A DNA stretch of 64,000 nt, from positions 53,320,001-53,384,000 of the forward strand of contig OX597824.1 in assembly GCA_951406725.2 (NCBI GenBank), in the 5' to 3' direction. This document shows positions 1 through 12,391 of the stretch, piece by piece. The translations under genes and the position numbers were made by a program. This DNA is from Octopus vulgaris (taxonomy: Eukaryota). Numbering within the stretch: the first letter of the stretch is position 1; each line of letters begins with the position of its first letter. The notes beneath the pieces are model-generated. The model was not told the DNA's origin. It made no database searches and saw nothing but the letters and a program-made list of their open reading frames with translations.

Positions 1-479
1 ACACCCAGGCCTAGACTTAAACTCAAAACACCTTAATGAACATATTAATCAGATTACAAGAATAAAATGGATTCAAACAAATCGAGTCATCCGAATCAGG
101 AATGGTGCACGATTTTACTGTAAAACAAAATTCAATTAACGATATACGTTACATTAACAAAAACATCAATACACCAGCTACCCAGAGTCCGGCAGCAGTT
201 ATCCTGAAGCTAATAATAGACGATAAGAGATGTGTTTTCCCTTAATTATCGGGAAATCATCTTCAATCCAAAGCTGCTTGGGCAAATATATCAATACCAA
301 AATTTATTGAACACACTACAAGTAATTAAGTATGATATGTCGCAATATGTATAAAACTTTGACGTAAGAGACAAACAATTCAAAACACATATAGGGGGAA
401 AGAAGCGTTCCCAACTTGATGCAGATAATAAAATGACAATAAATTACCTTAAAGAGACATGATCAAGGAGCATAAAATC

Positions 480-905
480 AATCAAGAAGTCAGTAAATTT
501 CCAACTATCAGCAATCACATTTTTGAATACATTCCAGTCATAAAATCAAAATACAGGCAAGTAGAAAAATAAAATGTCATTTCTGCAACAAAATATTTCA
601 TAGACTATCGTAATTAGGAAATATAAGGAGTCAACAGCATACCAGTATGACCGCAGCTCTCAGTCGGAAACTGGTAAATTGTAAAACAGTAAACTTCAGA
701 AGCATTTAATGCTGAAATTAGAAATTTGGAAATACAAAATTTGAAACTTCTAACTTCATCAGTTGAAATATGACTTTACAACTCCAGCTAAAAAACTAAG
801 GTATTAATCTTCATAGTATCAAAAAAAATGCGTAGACTATTTGCCAAAGTTCATAAAATAATCTTCAACATAAACAAAACAATCTTGGTAGATGTCAGGT
901 GTTTA
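480..905 (+). pseudogene. Possible highly degenerate C-terminus of an RLE-type non-LTR retrotransposon
   Basis: KCHFCNK (CxxC) at ~572-592 and TILVDVRC at ~878-902 resemble the zinc-knuckle and endonuclease region; many stops. Confidence 0.25.
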
Positions 906-1199
906 ACGCAAGGCTACCAGTTAGACCACGTCGTCGGTGAAACGTTAACCTTCATATCCTAAAAAAGAATAGGCAAAACATTTTGGAGGCGAGCAGGATT
1001 TGAAATGTTTTTTTGTCTTTTAGACAAAGGCAAATAAAAGACAGAATCATGATCATAAAAACTTATGGAAACAGCTTGTGTTTTAATTACTTTGATTTTT
1101 TTCCTTATAGAAGAATATACCATAATCTTCCATATAGCACAATCAATGGGAACCATATAATTCGTTTTTTTTTTTTTTTTTGGTGGGGGGGAGATGTAA

Positions 1200-2420
1200 T
1201 GCTGTCAAGTAGTGGTCAAATGTTGTGGTCCCTGTAATTAAAACTGAGTTTGGATAGCAATCTGTTAAGAATGACCTAAAAATGAATTTGATTTAGTTTA
1301 ACTTTGAAAAATGCCTTTTCATGTAAATAGGTTGTGACAAATGTTGAAATCCACTCCAAGCAAAGAATATAAAGAAGTACATCCTTCATGTAAGAGGAAT
1401 CTAAATAAAAATTAATCATGTTTTCTCTTATGTACGTGTCTTTTAATGTGTCATTTGATTGCGGGTCAATAATTTCCAGTTGTAGATCTAACGGAAGTTC
1501 TTTGATAATATAATCAAATGGATTTTGAATAATTTTTAATGTTTCTGAAAAAAAACACTGTTGAAACTGTATCTTAAGATTAATGAAGAAAGTGAATTTA
1601 AAAGGAAATGGAGAGTTTGCTTCTTGGTTGTATTTTCCACAGCAAAGAAAGTGGTTCAAGCTATTAGTAACTGCGACTGAAAAAAGAAAGAGGCTAATTT
1701 ATGTAGAAACTTTTCTCGGCAGATATCTAGTCATATAACCTAAGGCTAAACTCGTTAAAATGCATCATTAAGTCAGCGATTTTTCTCGTTAAAAGTGCCA
1801 AACATTTGTGAAATAACAGCAAGGCTATCGTCAACAGCGTGGTACGGCAAAATCGTTTTATCAAGTTTCTGTTTTTACCCGATTAGATAAATTTCACCAA
1901 TGATACGACCGGTTCTTGTAAAATTTTGTTCTTCACGATATGTCACCATTCAAGGAAACGTCTTCCTGCTTCACAGATTTCGGCTGTGACACACTTTAAA
2001 CGTTTCCAAACTTCATTTTTACTCCGTATTTTTGAAAATGCAGCTTTTCCATGTTCGAGTGTCACTTTTAAAGTTAGCATAGTCCCCGAATAATAATAGT
2101 AACGCTTTCAGACATATTTGCTTGCTCATCAGCAATCCGAGAAACTGATTGGGTAGCTTGTACTTTAATTGAAAAACAGGGTTGTCAGTAAATAATATTT
2201 CTTTATTTGCTGAAAATAAGTTAGCCTTAAGCTAGCATTAAGCGCAACATATTCGCATTTATCCAAGTGAAAATGATAGTTGTGTTCAAATACTTTCTTT
2301 CAAGCCTCCATTTTCTCATCTGGTAGTTTTCCTGTTTGATGACTGCTGCGAATACTTCATTTCCTAACGCCTACACATATTGTATTCATTTAGCCCTACG
2401 ATAGTTTTGTCACTGAATAT
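1200..2420 (-). mobile_element. Degenerate hAT transposase (Buster/Charlie/SPIN-like)
   Basis: ORF 1276-1659 IQNPF..LQLEIID..FVTTYLHEKAFFKVK resembles the hAT dimerisation domain; upstream fragments KRLKCVTA, PYHAV, IADLMMHFNEFSLRL; no TIRs resolved. Confidence 0.75.
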
Positions 2421-2780
2421 TACACACAATGCTTTTTTGTTTGTCCGGCTACAAAACATTACATCCTCCAGTCTATATAATATTTAAATTCAAATTCTGA
2501 TTATCTGTATGAATGTTCTTCGTTTTTAGACAAAACACTGCATTGTTCCAATAAAATGTTTCCACCTACGTACTCGTAGACATAAATATTTGTATATAAC
2601 AAACATATAACCAAATTCTCAAAACACAAGAATCTTCTTTATTATTAAACTAAAAATATTACAAAATGTCACCATTTCTGACAAAATCGAAACGAATGCG
2701 CAGACCCAGACATATACATACGAAAATATACATACACACACGCACACACATAGATACTGAAGCCATATATATATATACAT

Positions 2781-2825
<45 letters not shown>

Positions 2826-2907
2826 GGTCCCGGGTTGATTCGGGGTTAACCACAGTAAGAAGGTACTAATACATAGCAGAGTAAAATTAATTTATTATAT
2901 AGAAGGA

Positions 2908-2955
2908 GCTTCTACAGGACTAGTATGTTTCATTCAAGAGAAATCTTCAGGAAGT
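2908..2955 (-). ncRNA. Type I hammerhead ribozyme motif
   Basis: cttc-CTGAAGA-tttctcttgaat-GAAAC-atactagtcct-GTA-gaag; stem I cttc/gaag, weak stem II. Confidence 0.65.
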
Positions 2956-4420
2956 ATTTAACAAGAATTGTATTAGCATTTATATTTAGCAGGTTTAAAG
3001 GAGTGGTGGTGGGGACTTTTGGGGTAGGCATAGCGCAAAATATCATACTTGGGGAGTGGTCAAGGAGTCAGTGGTAGTTAGATGAAAGAATAGATAAATA
3101 AAAAAATAAAAATAAAAATAAAAAATAAAAAATAAAAAATAAAATAAAATAAAAAATAAAAAATAATAAAATAAAAATATAAAAATATATATAAAAAATA
3201 TATATAAAAATATATATATATAAATAAAAAATATATATATAAAAAGGATAGAGTTATAGGTAAATAAGGAGATTCTCACTTATACCTATACACACATGTA
3301 TACGTATCTACACACACATACATACATACACATATATATACACACACACAAAAAAATATATATATATATATATATACATATACATATGTACACACATACA
3401 TACATATCTACATACACACATACATACACCGCCCACATATACAAATTTATACACATGCACATGCCTATACCTGTCTACACATACACACACGTATATATGC
3501 ATACACTCACTCCCATGCATGCACGCATACACACATGTATATATATATATATATATATACCCACGACCACACATACATATATACACATAAAAATATATAT
3601 TCATACACATACACTCATGCACACACACACACCTAGTTCCCTATATACACATATTTACACCTATATATACATACACCCACATACACCTATGTACACATAT
3701 ATATATATAAACATATACACGCATACATATATATACATGTGTGCACATACATACACACACACATATATACATACATACACATACACATGTGTACCTATAC
3801 ATACCTACACATACACACATACATACATACAAATATACATATACATATATATATATACAATCCAATACAGGCCCATTCCCTAATTTTAATTTTATTATCT
3901 TCATTTATTACTTTTGTTATCTTTGATCGCTAGGGCTAAGAATCCTGGCAATGGCTGCATGTCCATTTGTCTGTCTACTAGAAGGCTAGTACTATTCCCG
4001 CACGCACACTCATTAGCACGTACATTCACCCATTCGTACACTCATACACATACACGTACTCACGTTATATTCATACATACAAACATCTACATACGTTCAC
4101 GTATATACACATACGTACTCGTACCTACAGATTCGTGTCTACACTTTAGGAGGCTAGTCTATACATATACACCAATAAATATACATATATATATATATAT
4201 ATACCCGCATTTTATTTTATTTTATTTTATTTTTATTTTTATTTTTTATTTTTATTTTTTTTTTTTTTATTTATCTATTCTTTCATCTAACTTACCACTG
4301 ACTCCTTGACCACTCCCCCAAGTATGATATTTTGCGCTATGCCTACCCCAAAAAGTCCCCCACCACCACTCCTTTAAACCTGCCTAAATGTATAAATGCT
4401 AATACAATTCTTGTTAAATA

Positions 4421-4468
4421 GCTTCTGAAGATTTCTCTTGAATGAAACAGTACTAGTCCTGTAGAAGC
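4421..4468 (+). ncRNA. Type I hammerhead ribozyme motif (inverted copy)
   Basis: gctt-CTGAAGA-tttctcttgaat-GAAAC-agtactagtcct-GTA-gaagc; stem III acag/ctgt around palindromic actagt. Confidence 0.6.
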
Positions 4469-4480
4469 TCCTTCTATATA

Positions 4481-4528
<48 letters not shown>

Positions 4529-5139
4529 TCATACATATATACATACATACACACACACGCACATATACATACACACGTACGTAGAACTCTTAGACATGGA
4601 AGAAAGTCATCCATACGAAAAATAAATGAACCAATACGCACACTTGCGCACTCACACAAACGACTATAACACACATGTAGGTATGAAAACACACACACAC
4701 ATACATGCAGCCAGTCACATGCATGTATGAATACAAGTCTTAGAATATAAAACAAGATAGTGATAAAGGCTAACAGCCATGGATATATAAACTCATAAAG
4801 TGGTAGGTGCCGTTTTCCAATGAATTTCATGAAACCTGGCTTAAATCGACAGAATTGGCTAAATGGAGCAACAACTGGTGGGAAAGATACCAGATTGATA
4901 TAGATTTTAGGTGTGTTGCTTCTTATCATTCTGCTTATTCTTGTTATTTTCGTTGTCGTTTGCTGTTTATATATTATTATTCTCATTGCTGTTAAAGATT
5001 TTCCCTTTTTTACTCCATGGAAATTGCCTTGTTTCGTGTTACGATTTTGTTTTTGTGCAATTCCCAAAGTCATGGCCCTTCTGAATTATAAAATAAAGCA
5101 TTACAATAATTAGGACCATTGTTATTATTGCTGCAGCGT

Positions 5140-5450
5140 ACCGATGTCGATTTTACTTTTCATCCTGTCGGGAACGAGAACCAGTTGAGCACCGGAGTCA
5201 AGGTAATCAACTAGCTTCCTCCCCAAAAATTTCAAGCAAAGTGCTTATAATAGAAGGGATTATTACAAAAGGGTGGTACATAGCAGAACCGGTTAGCAAC
5301 CAAAGAAAACGCTTTGCCGCATTTAGATACGTCCCTTTACATTTTGAGTTCAAATCCCACCGAAGTTGACTTTTCCTTTCATCTTCCCAAAATCAATAAT
5401 TTAATATCAGTGAAGAACCAGTCTCGATTAAATCAATTAAATCACTTAAT
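5140..5450 (+). mobile_element. Two degenerate tRNA-derived SINE fragments (family of 63195)
   Basis: Head ggtggtacatagcagaaccggttagca, B-box-like gagttcaaatccc, core gactttt-cctttcatc. Confidence 0.5.
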
Positions 5451-5590
5451 CTTTCACTACCAAATTTCTGATCTCGTACTTATGTTGCAAATCATTACAA
5501 TTCAAAGTAAGAAAACCACATTTATTATTGCAATAGCAATGCTAAGAATTGATAATTAACAGTGTGGGCTAAATAAGAGCAAGTGAATGA

Positions 5591-5638
<48 letters not shown>

Positions 5639-5900
5639 TAAGCAGAGGACGATTGGAGTTGAAAGGAAGAGGGAAGTTGGAGAAATAAGGCGAATATATT
5701 GATTCTATGGTTTTGATTATAAATCTTAGAATCAGGTCCCTCTAAATCTTGATTAATCATCGTAATGTATCAGTAACATTCAGTCATTCCCTCGTACGCG
5801 TGTGCGTATGTGTGCATATATATGTACATTACATGCAAACATAGTACATGCAAACATATACATATACATCATGTATATATACATATATACATAGGTATAC

Positions 5901-6006
<106 letters not shown>

Positions 6007-6145
6007 GTTTCTGTGTGTGTGTGTGAGTACTAATATACGTGTGTGTGAAAATTTTGTGTTATACGCCGATCAATAATGTAAACATTGTCAATATCAAATA
6101 TTTAATATATGTCTCAGAAAATGCTACACGTCTACAGCATTTCGC

Positions 6146-6345
6146 CAGAGACGTATATTTTAAAGAGAAAACAGGTGAACTCAAAACTAGGTAAAACGAC
6201 ATCGCCCCGGAAGTGAACGAGAACGATGGACATTGATTTTTCACAATTTTTCCGCAAAATATCGATTTATGTTGTTCTTGTCCACTTCCGAGACGATTTC
6301 GTTTCGCCCAGCTCTGACATATGCTGTGATTTTTTAACAAAATAG
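6146..6345. repeat. Imperfect palindrome / MITE-like foldback
   Basis: aaacgacatcgccccggaagtgaacgagaac pairs with gttcttgtccacttccgagacgatttcgttt; weaker outer arms. Confidence 0.55.
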
Positions 6346-6397
6346 TTTTTAAAAGGACAGCTCTCAAACTAAATACTGCAATACAAGCGTTTAACAA

Positions 6398-6703
<306 letters not shown>

Positions 6704-7699
6704 TACTGTTCCGTTAAGGTAAGATCAGCAAAAGAAAAAAATTCCATCCATTGAGGGATAATATCATTTAATGTACACGATATAAAGATAACAGTGCTCA
6801 GAGCCTGAAGATTACTTGGAGACCCAAGGCGTGTTATAAAAATCTGCCTAAGCACGTGTCTCCAAAGCTAGAATTTATTAGTAGCTAGCATCTTTATATT
6901 GTGTATATTAAATGACATATGTGTGTGTATGTATGTATGTATGTATGTATGTAGGTAGGTAGGTATGTGTGTGTATATATATATATATATACTTATATGG
7001 GGTGGGGACATAGATTCGCTTAATCCTATGTAGCACGCTTTCTCTGTCACGTGTACTTCGCCTGCGCTGAAAAATGAGGGCCATACACACAGGAAATCTA
7101 AATTCCACAGTAGAACACACGTTATAGTTGTACCAATGTGAACTTTACTCTATCAATCAGAAATTGGGGTTGAGATTTAAATGTGTATGAACATGTGTAT
7201 ACATACATTTGTTAGTATGCATATACACATTCTAACAACCTAAACTCCTGGAATATATGTTTCTTTAACATTCCATTAATTTTCTATTTTGTTTAGTCCT
7301 TTCAGGTATTGTGAAGTGTATTTTCTAACAAAGAGAGTTAATAATGGAGTTTACCAGTTATCATAGGTAAAGTTATATTCAGGTTATATTTACAGCTTTC
7401 TACTAAGTCCGCTATGTATGTATATATGTCTTGTCTTGCTTGGGACTTTCAACACCTTGAAAGTAATAGGAGTGCCGTCGTTACATGCGGTGTGTCTTGG
7501 GTATTTTTAGAAGCGGTGGGACTCATCCCTCTGGCACAGCTGATTCTTCCAAAACAGAGAAAGTCAGACAGACTGAAAGAAAATTATTGACCCCAGTACT
7601 TTACTGGAGTTTTATTTATCAACCACGAAAGGATGAAAGACAAATTTGATCTCGGCAAGATATATGTTTATACGTATGTTTATATGTTATTTTTCTCTT

Positions 7700-8640
7700 T
7701 TTAATTTAGAGTTAATTTTGGTCAATCACCTACTTGGTAGCATGACCACATTGGTGTCCAAACTGCAACTGATTTCCACAACGGAGCATACTTTTTCATG
7801 TCTCACATAACAATATTTGACCAGCTGTATTTTAACTTAGTGGTTGCTCTAAATTTTTAAGCTCCATCAACATTATTTTGACCCATCGGTCTGAATATAG
7901 TCTGTTGGATTTTTCTTTATTTCTGATCTTGTTCAGACTGTTCTGGCCACCACATCATGCTTATGAGGAGATGAGATCTAAAAGACATTCTCTCGTAGTT
8001 CCTTGATGTTTTCAGGTTTAGTTTTGCTCAGCCAAATTTGTTGTCTGTCTATGTTTCCTTTATTTATGCTGTAGGTACTTGGTGGAGATCTTTTGTTCTT
8101 GGATTGCATGGATGTAGCCTTCAATGTGGGATATCATAGACTTGACGGTACTCCATGCCGAGCTGTTTCTAGGATTTATTCCTTCTACGGCATTTACCAA
8201 CTACCCATGCACTAGATTCCCAACGAACTGGTCTTTTTATATTTTTCCTCTAAAAACTAGAATTTACCAATGGTCCTTAAAGAGAGAGAGCTATATCATC
8301 TCTTATTTCATGCCTCTCATTTACTATCCTAATTATGTCATTCATTTCGTAGCCGCAAACTTGGGTAAGATAGTTACTGGCCTCTTTCCTATATTATAGA
8401 TGTTGTTTCAGTGTTTCAATGCATGCACCATTCGACATCAATACAAATTAAAAACCATGACTACAATCCTTGCCCGAGAAGTATAACTTGTCTGTATCTC
8501 CACTGATGCTGAAGTTTTCAGTAACACCGAGCAGCTCGCTAGTTTGTACTTCTCTGTCGTTGAACTCTTGCAGTAATTAGTTTAGAAAGCCGAATGTAGG
8601 ATAGCTACTGCAAAAGTGTTGTGGATGACATGCATGTTGT
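7700..8640 (-). mobile_element. Old degenerate R4/Dong-like RLE LINE 3' fragment
   Basis: Minus-strand peptides HNTFAVAILHSAF, QTSELL..GDTDKLY and KHDVVAR parallel INSLAVPVVLYSF, KADVDRLY and RHDRVGQ in the 9391-11379 ORF. Confidence 0.5.
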
Positions 8641-9050
8641 AAACTGAATATTCAGATGACCATATATATGAATTTATGTACGCATATATCTATAGATGCA
8701 TATACGCCTGTATGCATAAGTAGGCAATCATATACATACGTGTTCACGTATACAGGCGTAAATGCTTTTTCTTATGTAGATCTATATATTTTGACTTAAG
8801 TGTGTGTGGATACGTGTGTATGTATGGGTACGTACAAACACATATATGTTTGTGTGTGTGTATGTGCATGTACATATACATGTTTGTGTGAGTGTGTACG
8901 TATGTAGACGTTATGAAAGCAGGAGGTTTATGTCTATGTATTGTGAGAATATGGTAGCGTGTATTTCTTATCTTTTTTCTTTTTTCTTTTTCTACCTATT
9001 AGAATAACTTCCCTTTTATTCAACAGGTTTTCATAGCGTCTGTTGCCATT

Positions 9051-9110
9051 AATAGGCGACGAGAATGCATCGTAACTCTTCGCTCCGACATTCGAAACTT
9101 CGAGTATTAT
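9051..9110 (+). ncRNA. Degenerate hammerhead-like motif
   Basis: atag-GCGACGA-gaatg..cattc-GAAAC-ttcga-GTA-ttat; stems form but core C3/U4 are mutated. Confidence 0.45.
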
Positions 9111-9220
9111 AATGACAATTATAAAATATATAAATAATCCTCTAGTTATCTAATATCTCGGTCTCGTTCTTTTGTTGTTACTTTCTATTATTATCATTAT
9201 TATTATTATTATTATTATTA

Positions 9221-11454
9221 TGTTCTTTCCTTCTTTCTTCAAATTTTCTTCCGTTTCTCGCCCAGTGTTTTCCATACACCTAGGGCAGAGAAGCTCATTG
9301 TATGCATTCCCAGACTACATACGCAAATTCACAGATAAAATATGTATTTAAAAATTAATAAATAAATAAATTCATGGATGGATGTTGTTTTCACAGCGAT
9401 AATGCTCTTCTCAGTACATGAGCCGTTCCAGTTAATACGATTTTTTGCACTTCCTGTAGGGATGGTAAGCCTGGAATCATTTTCAAATAGGTTTCAGTAA
9501 CTTTTTTTATCATTCCTAGAGATCCTACAATCACTGGTACTGTAGTCGCCTTGATATGCCACATTTTTTCAATTTCTATTAGCAGGTCTTTATATTTACT
9601 AATCTTGTCAAATTCTTTCGCCGCTATATTGTGATCGCAAGGGATACTCATGTCAATTAATACACACATCTTTTTTGTCTGATCTTTTATAATAATATCC
9701 GGTTTATTAGCTTTTATAGTCTTGTCGGTCTGTACAGGGAAGTCCCATAGAATCGACACATTTTCTCCCTCAGTCACAGCTTCAGGATGGTATTTATACC
9801 ATTTGTCAGCGGTTTTGATTTTATAATACCTACATATTGTCCAATGTAAATACTGGCCGACTCTGTCATGTCTTGCTTTATATTCTGCAGGTGCTAAGAC
9901 TCTACACCCTGAGATTAGGTGGTCTATTGTTTCAATCTCATCGTTACAGAATCGGCATTTTGGGTCAGCTCCATTTTTTACCACATTGGCTTGGTAGTTC
10001 CGGGTTAATAAGCTTTGGTCTTGAGCAGCTAATATGAAACCTCCACTCTCTGCTTTTAGCCCTGAGCTTCGTAACCATTGGTGCGTGTGTTTCTGGTCGA
10101 CATCAGCTTGTTTGCTACGGGTCACATACTTGCCATGGAGAGGTTTCTGTTCCCATCTGCTAGCTAAATGTTCATGTGCTTTTGTCTTTGCAATTAATTT
10201 TATTTTCTTTGCAGCTGCAGTTGGCGCATTTCCTTCAGCCTGATCAATCTGGTGGGTATCTAAGAGATCAGCAGCGAATTGTTTGCTCTCTTTGAGAATA
10301 GAGTGAAGTTTTTTCGGTCTTTCATGTTTTTCAACAAGTTTTAGCATCCAATCGTTGGTTACTTCAAGGTATTTGGCCAGTCCGATTGTGGTGGTTTTGT
10401 ATGTAAGTTCAAGCTGGATCAAACCTCGACCTCCTTGAGCTCTGGGAAGGTAAAGGCGATCCACGTCTGCCTTTGGATGGTGCATCTTATTACAAGTCAG
10501 TAGCTTGCGGATTTTTCTGTCAATTTTCATTATTTCACTGGTATTCCAGTTAAGCAAATTGAAGCTATAAAGAACAACTGGTACTGCTAAGGAATTTATG
10601 GCTAACACCTTATTATATACATTCAGCTCAGATTTCAGGACAGCTCGAACTTTTCTATAGCATTCCTTCCTAACCTTCTCTTTCATGCTTGCATGTTCCT
10701 GCTCAAGTTCCTTTATTACTGTTTCGACATCTAATTCGATTGAACTAGACTTTACCAATTTCCCTTTCTTAAAAGTGGCTTTGGCACACTTTTCAAGGAC
10801 AAACTCCATCCCGATATCATCACTGAATCCTTTCACGGTATGTAATAATCCTTCAAGCCATTTTTTTTTGGCATATAGCTTTAAATCATCCATATAAAAT
10901 AGATGGCTTATTTTCCTGTTGTCAATTTTGTAGCCATATCCTGTTCTATTCAGTTCACTTGAGAGTGGTATTAGTTCTATGCAGAAAATTAGTGATGAAA
11001 GTGAGTCACCTTGGAAAATTCCACAGTTTATGCTATTGTTGCTTGAGCGCAATTCTCCATTAGAATGATATAATTGGAGCTTCGTGTTCCATAGTGATAT
11101 ATTATACTTTAAAAAATCTGAAATCACAAGAGAAATTTTGAAAATGTCCAGCGATTTCAGAATCCACGAATGCGGTATGCTGTCAAAGGCTTTTTTATAA
11201 TCAATCCATGAAGAGCTGAGATTTCTGCGCTTGTTATGGCAGTTCTCAAGGATCATGCGATTAATTAGGAGCTGATCTTTGCATTCGTATGAGCCTCGTC
11301 TGCATCCTTTTTGTTCAGTGAGAAAGAGGTTATTCTCTTCCATAAACGTATATGTTTTCTCTACTAGAATAGATGTCAAAATCTTATAGGTAGTAGATAA
11401 ACATGTCTAGTTTTTGGTTCTTTCGTTTTGTTATTTTGGGGGAGGAGGTAAGTA
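9221..11454 (-). mobile_element. 5'-truncated R4/Dong-clade non-LTR retrotransposon in an (ATT/TAA)n repeat
   Basis: RT + zinc knuckle + RLE ORF; (ATT)n abuts both ends (9186-9220, 11455-11551); Dong elements are known to target (TAA)n. Confidence 0.85.
9391..11379 (-). CDS. Reverse transcriptase with C-terminal CCHC and PD-(D/E)xK restriction-like endonuclease (partial)
   Basis: EQKGCRRGS, IDYKKAFDS, GIFQGDSLS, FYMDDLKL, CRFC..ETIDHLISGC, RHD, KPDIII..IDMSIP..KISKY; the expected YKYLG motif is absent. Confidence 0.9.
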   Translation of the reverse strand: MTSILVEKTYTFMEENNLFLTEQKGCRRGSYECKDQLLINRMILENCHNKRRNLSSSWIDYKKAFDSIPHSWILKSLDIFKISLVISDFLKYNISLWNTKLQLYHSNGELRSSNNSINCGIFQGDSLSSLIFCIELIPLSSELNRTGYGYKIDNRKISHLFYMDDLKLYAKKKWLEGLLHTVKGFSDDIGMEFVLEKCAKATFKKGKLVKSSSIELDVETVIKELEQEHASMKEKVRKECYRKVRAVLKSELNVYNKVLAINSLAVPVVLYSFNLLNWNTSEIMKIDRKIRKLLTCNKMHHPKADVDRLYLPRAQGGRGLIQLELTYKTTTIGLAKYLEVTNDWMLKLVEKHERPKKLHSILKESKQFAADLLDTHQIDQAEGNAPTAAAKKIKLIAKTKAHEHLASRWEQKPLHGKYVTRSKQADVDQKHTHQWLRSSGLKAESGGFILAAQDQSLLTRNYQANVVKNGADPKCRFCNDEIETIDHLISGCRVLAPAEYKARHDRVGQYLHWTICRYYKIKTADKWYKYHPEAVTEGENVSILWDFPVQTDKTIKANKPDIIIKDQTKKMCVLIDMSIPCDHNIAAKEFDKISKYKDLLIEIEKMWHIKATTVPVIVGSLGMIKKVTETYLKMIPGLPSLQEVQKIVLTGTAHVLRRALSL

Positions 11455-11728
<274 letters not shown>

Positions 11729-11799
11729 CCATGATAGATCGTTAGCTCCTACACGCATATTTTTCTCTCCTTGTTTCTCTCCTTGTTTTTTTTTGTGAA

Positions 11800-11837
11800 T
11801 CTTTCTGTCGAAGAGCGTAGGCTCGAAACGTAAAAGA
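11800..11837 (+). ncRNA. Minimal type I hammerhead motif with variant core CUGUCGA
   Basis: tcttt-CTGTCGA-a-gagc gtag gctc-GAAA-C-G-TA-aaaga; perfect stems I and II. Confidence 0.65.
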
Positions 11838-11925
11838 CTTTTTCTATTCCCGAGCGCTATACTTATACATTTGTTTGTTTTTACTCCACCTGCCTTCGTC
11901 TTTTGTTTATTTTCGTAAACTTTCC

Positions 11926-11969
<44 letters not shown>

Positions 11970-12391
11970 TAGCATTAAAGACCCGTCGTTGCCGGGTCAT
12001 AGTGCTAGTGCATGTGTATATGTGTATATATATGTGTACATATTACATGTACATCTATATATATACATCTACACATAAAATGCAAAATACAAAGTTATAT
12101 CTTGATATCGCTAGTGATAGCAATACTCAAAATATATAACAGACTGGAATTGTTTTATTATTACCCACAAGGGGCAAACATAGAGGGGACAATACAACCT
12201 GATGTGGGGTCTGATTAACGAATGGGTTTACAAAAAAAGGCGAATTTAAAACTTTACAAAAATTACAAAAATATTAAAAATTGAATGAGGAACAGACCGG
12301 AAGACATCACGGATGGAGTGGGAGCGGGTTTAGCTCGGACCCCACGAGCCCCGCCTCCCTACTGATACTTTGGTTTCGTCTAGTTTTACAT

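Larger units (their letters stand above)
2823..4487. mobile_element. Non-coding PLE remnant: 3' UTR/pLTR with an inverted second pLTR
   Basis: ~2890-3180 is the near-exact reverse complement of ~4210-4487; both arms carry a hammerhead core; homologous to 29370-29502 downstream of a Naiad-like ORF; (TA)n on both sides. Confidence 0.7.
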
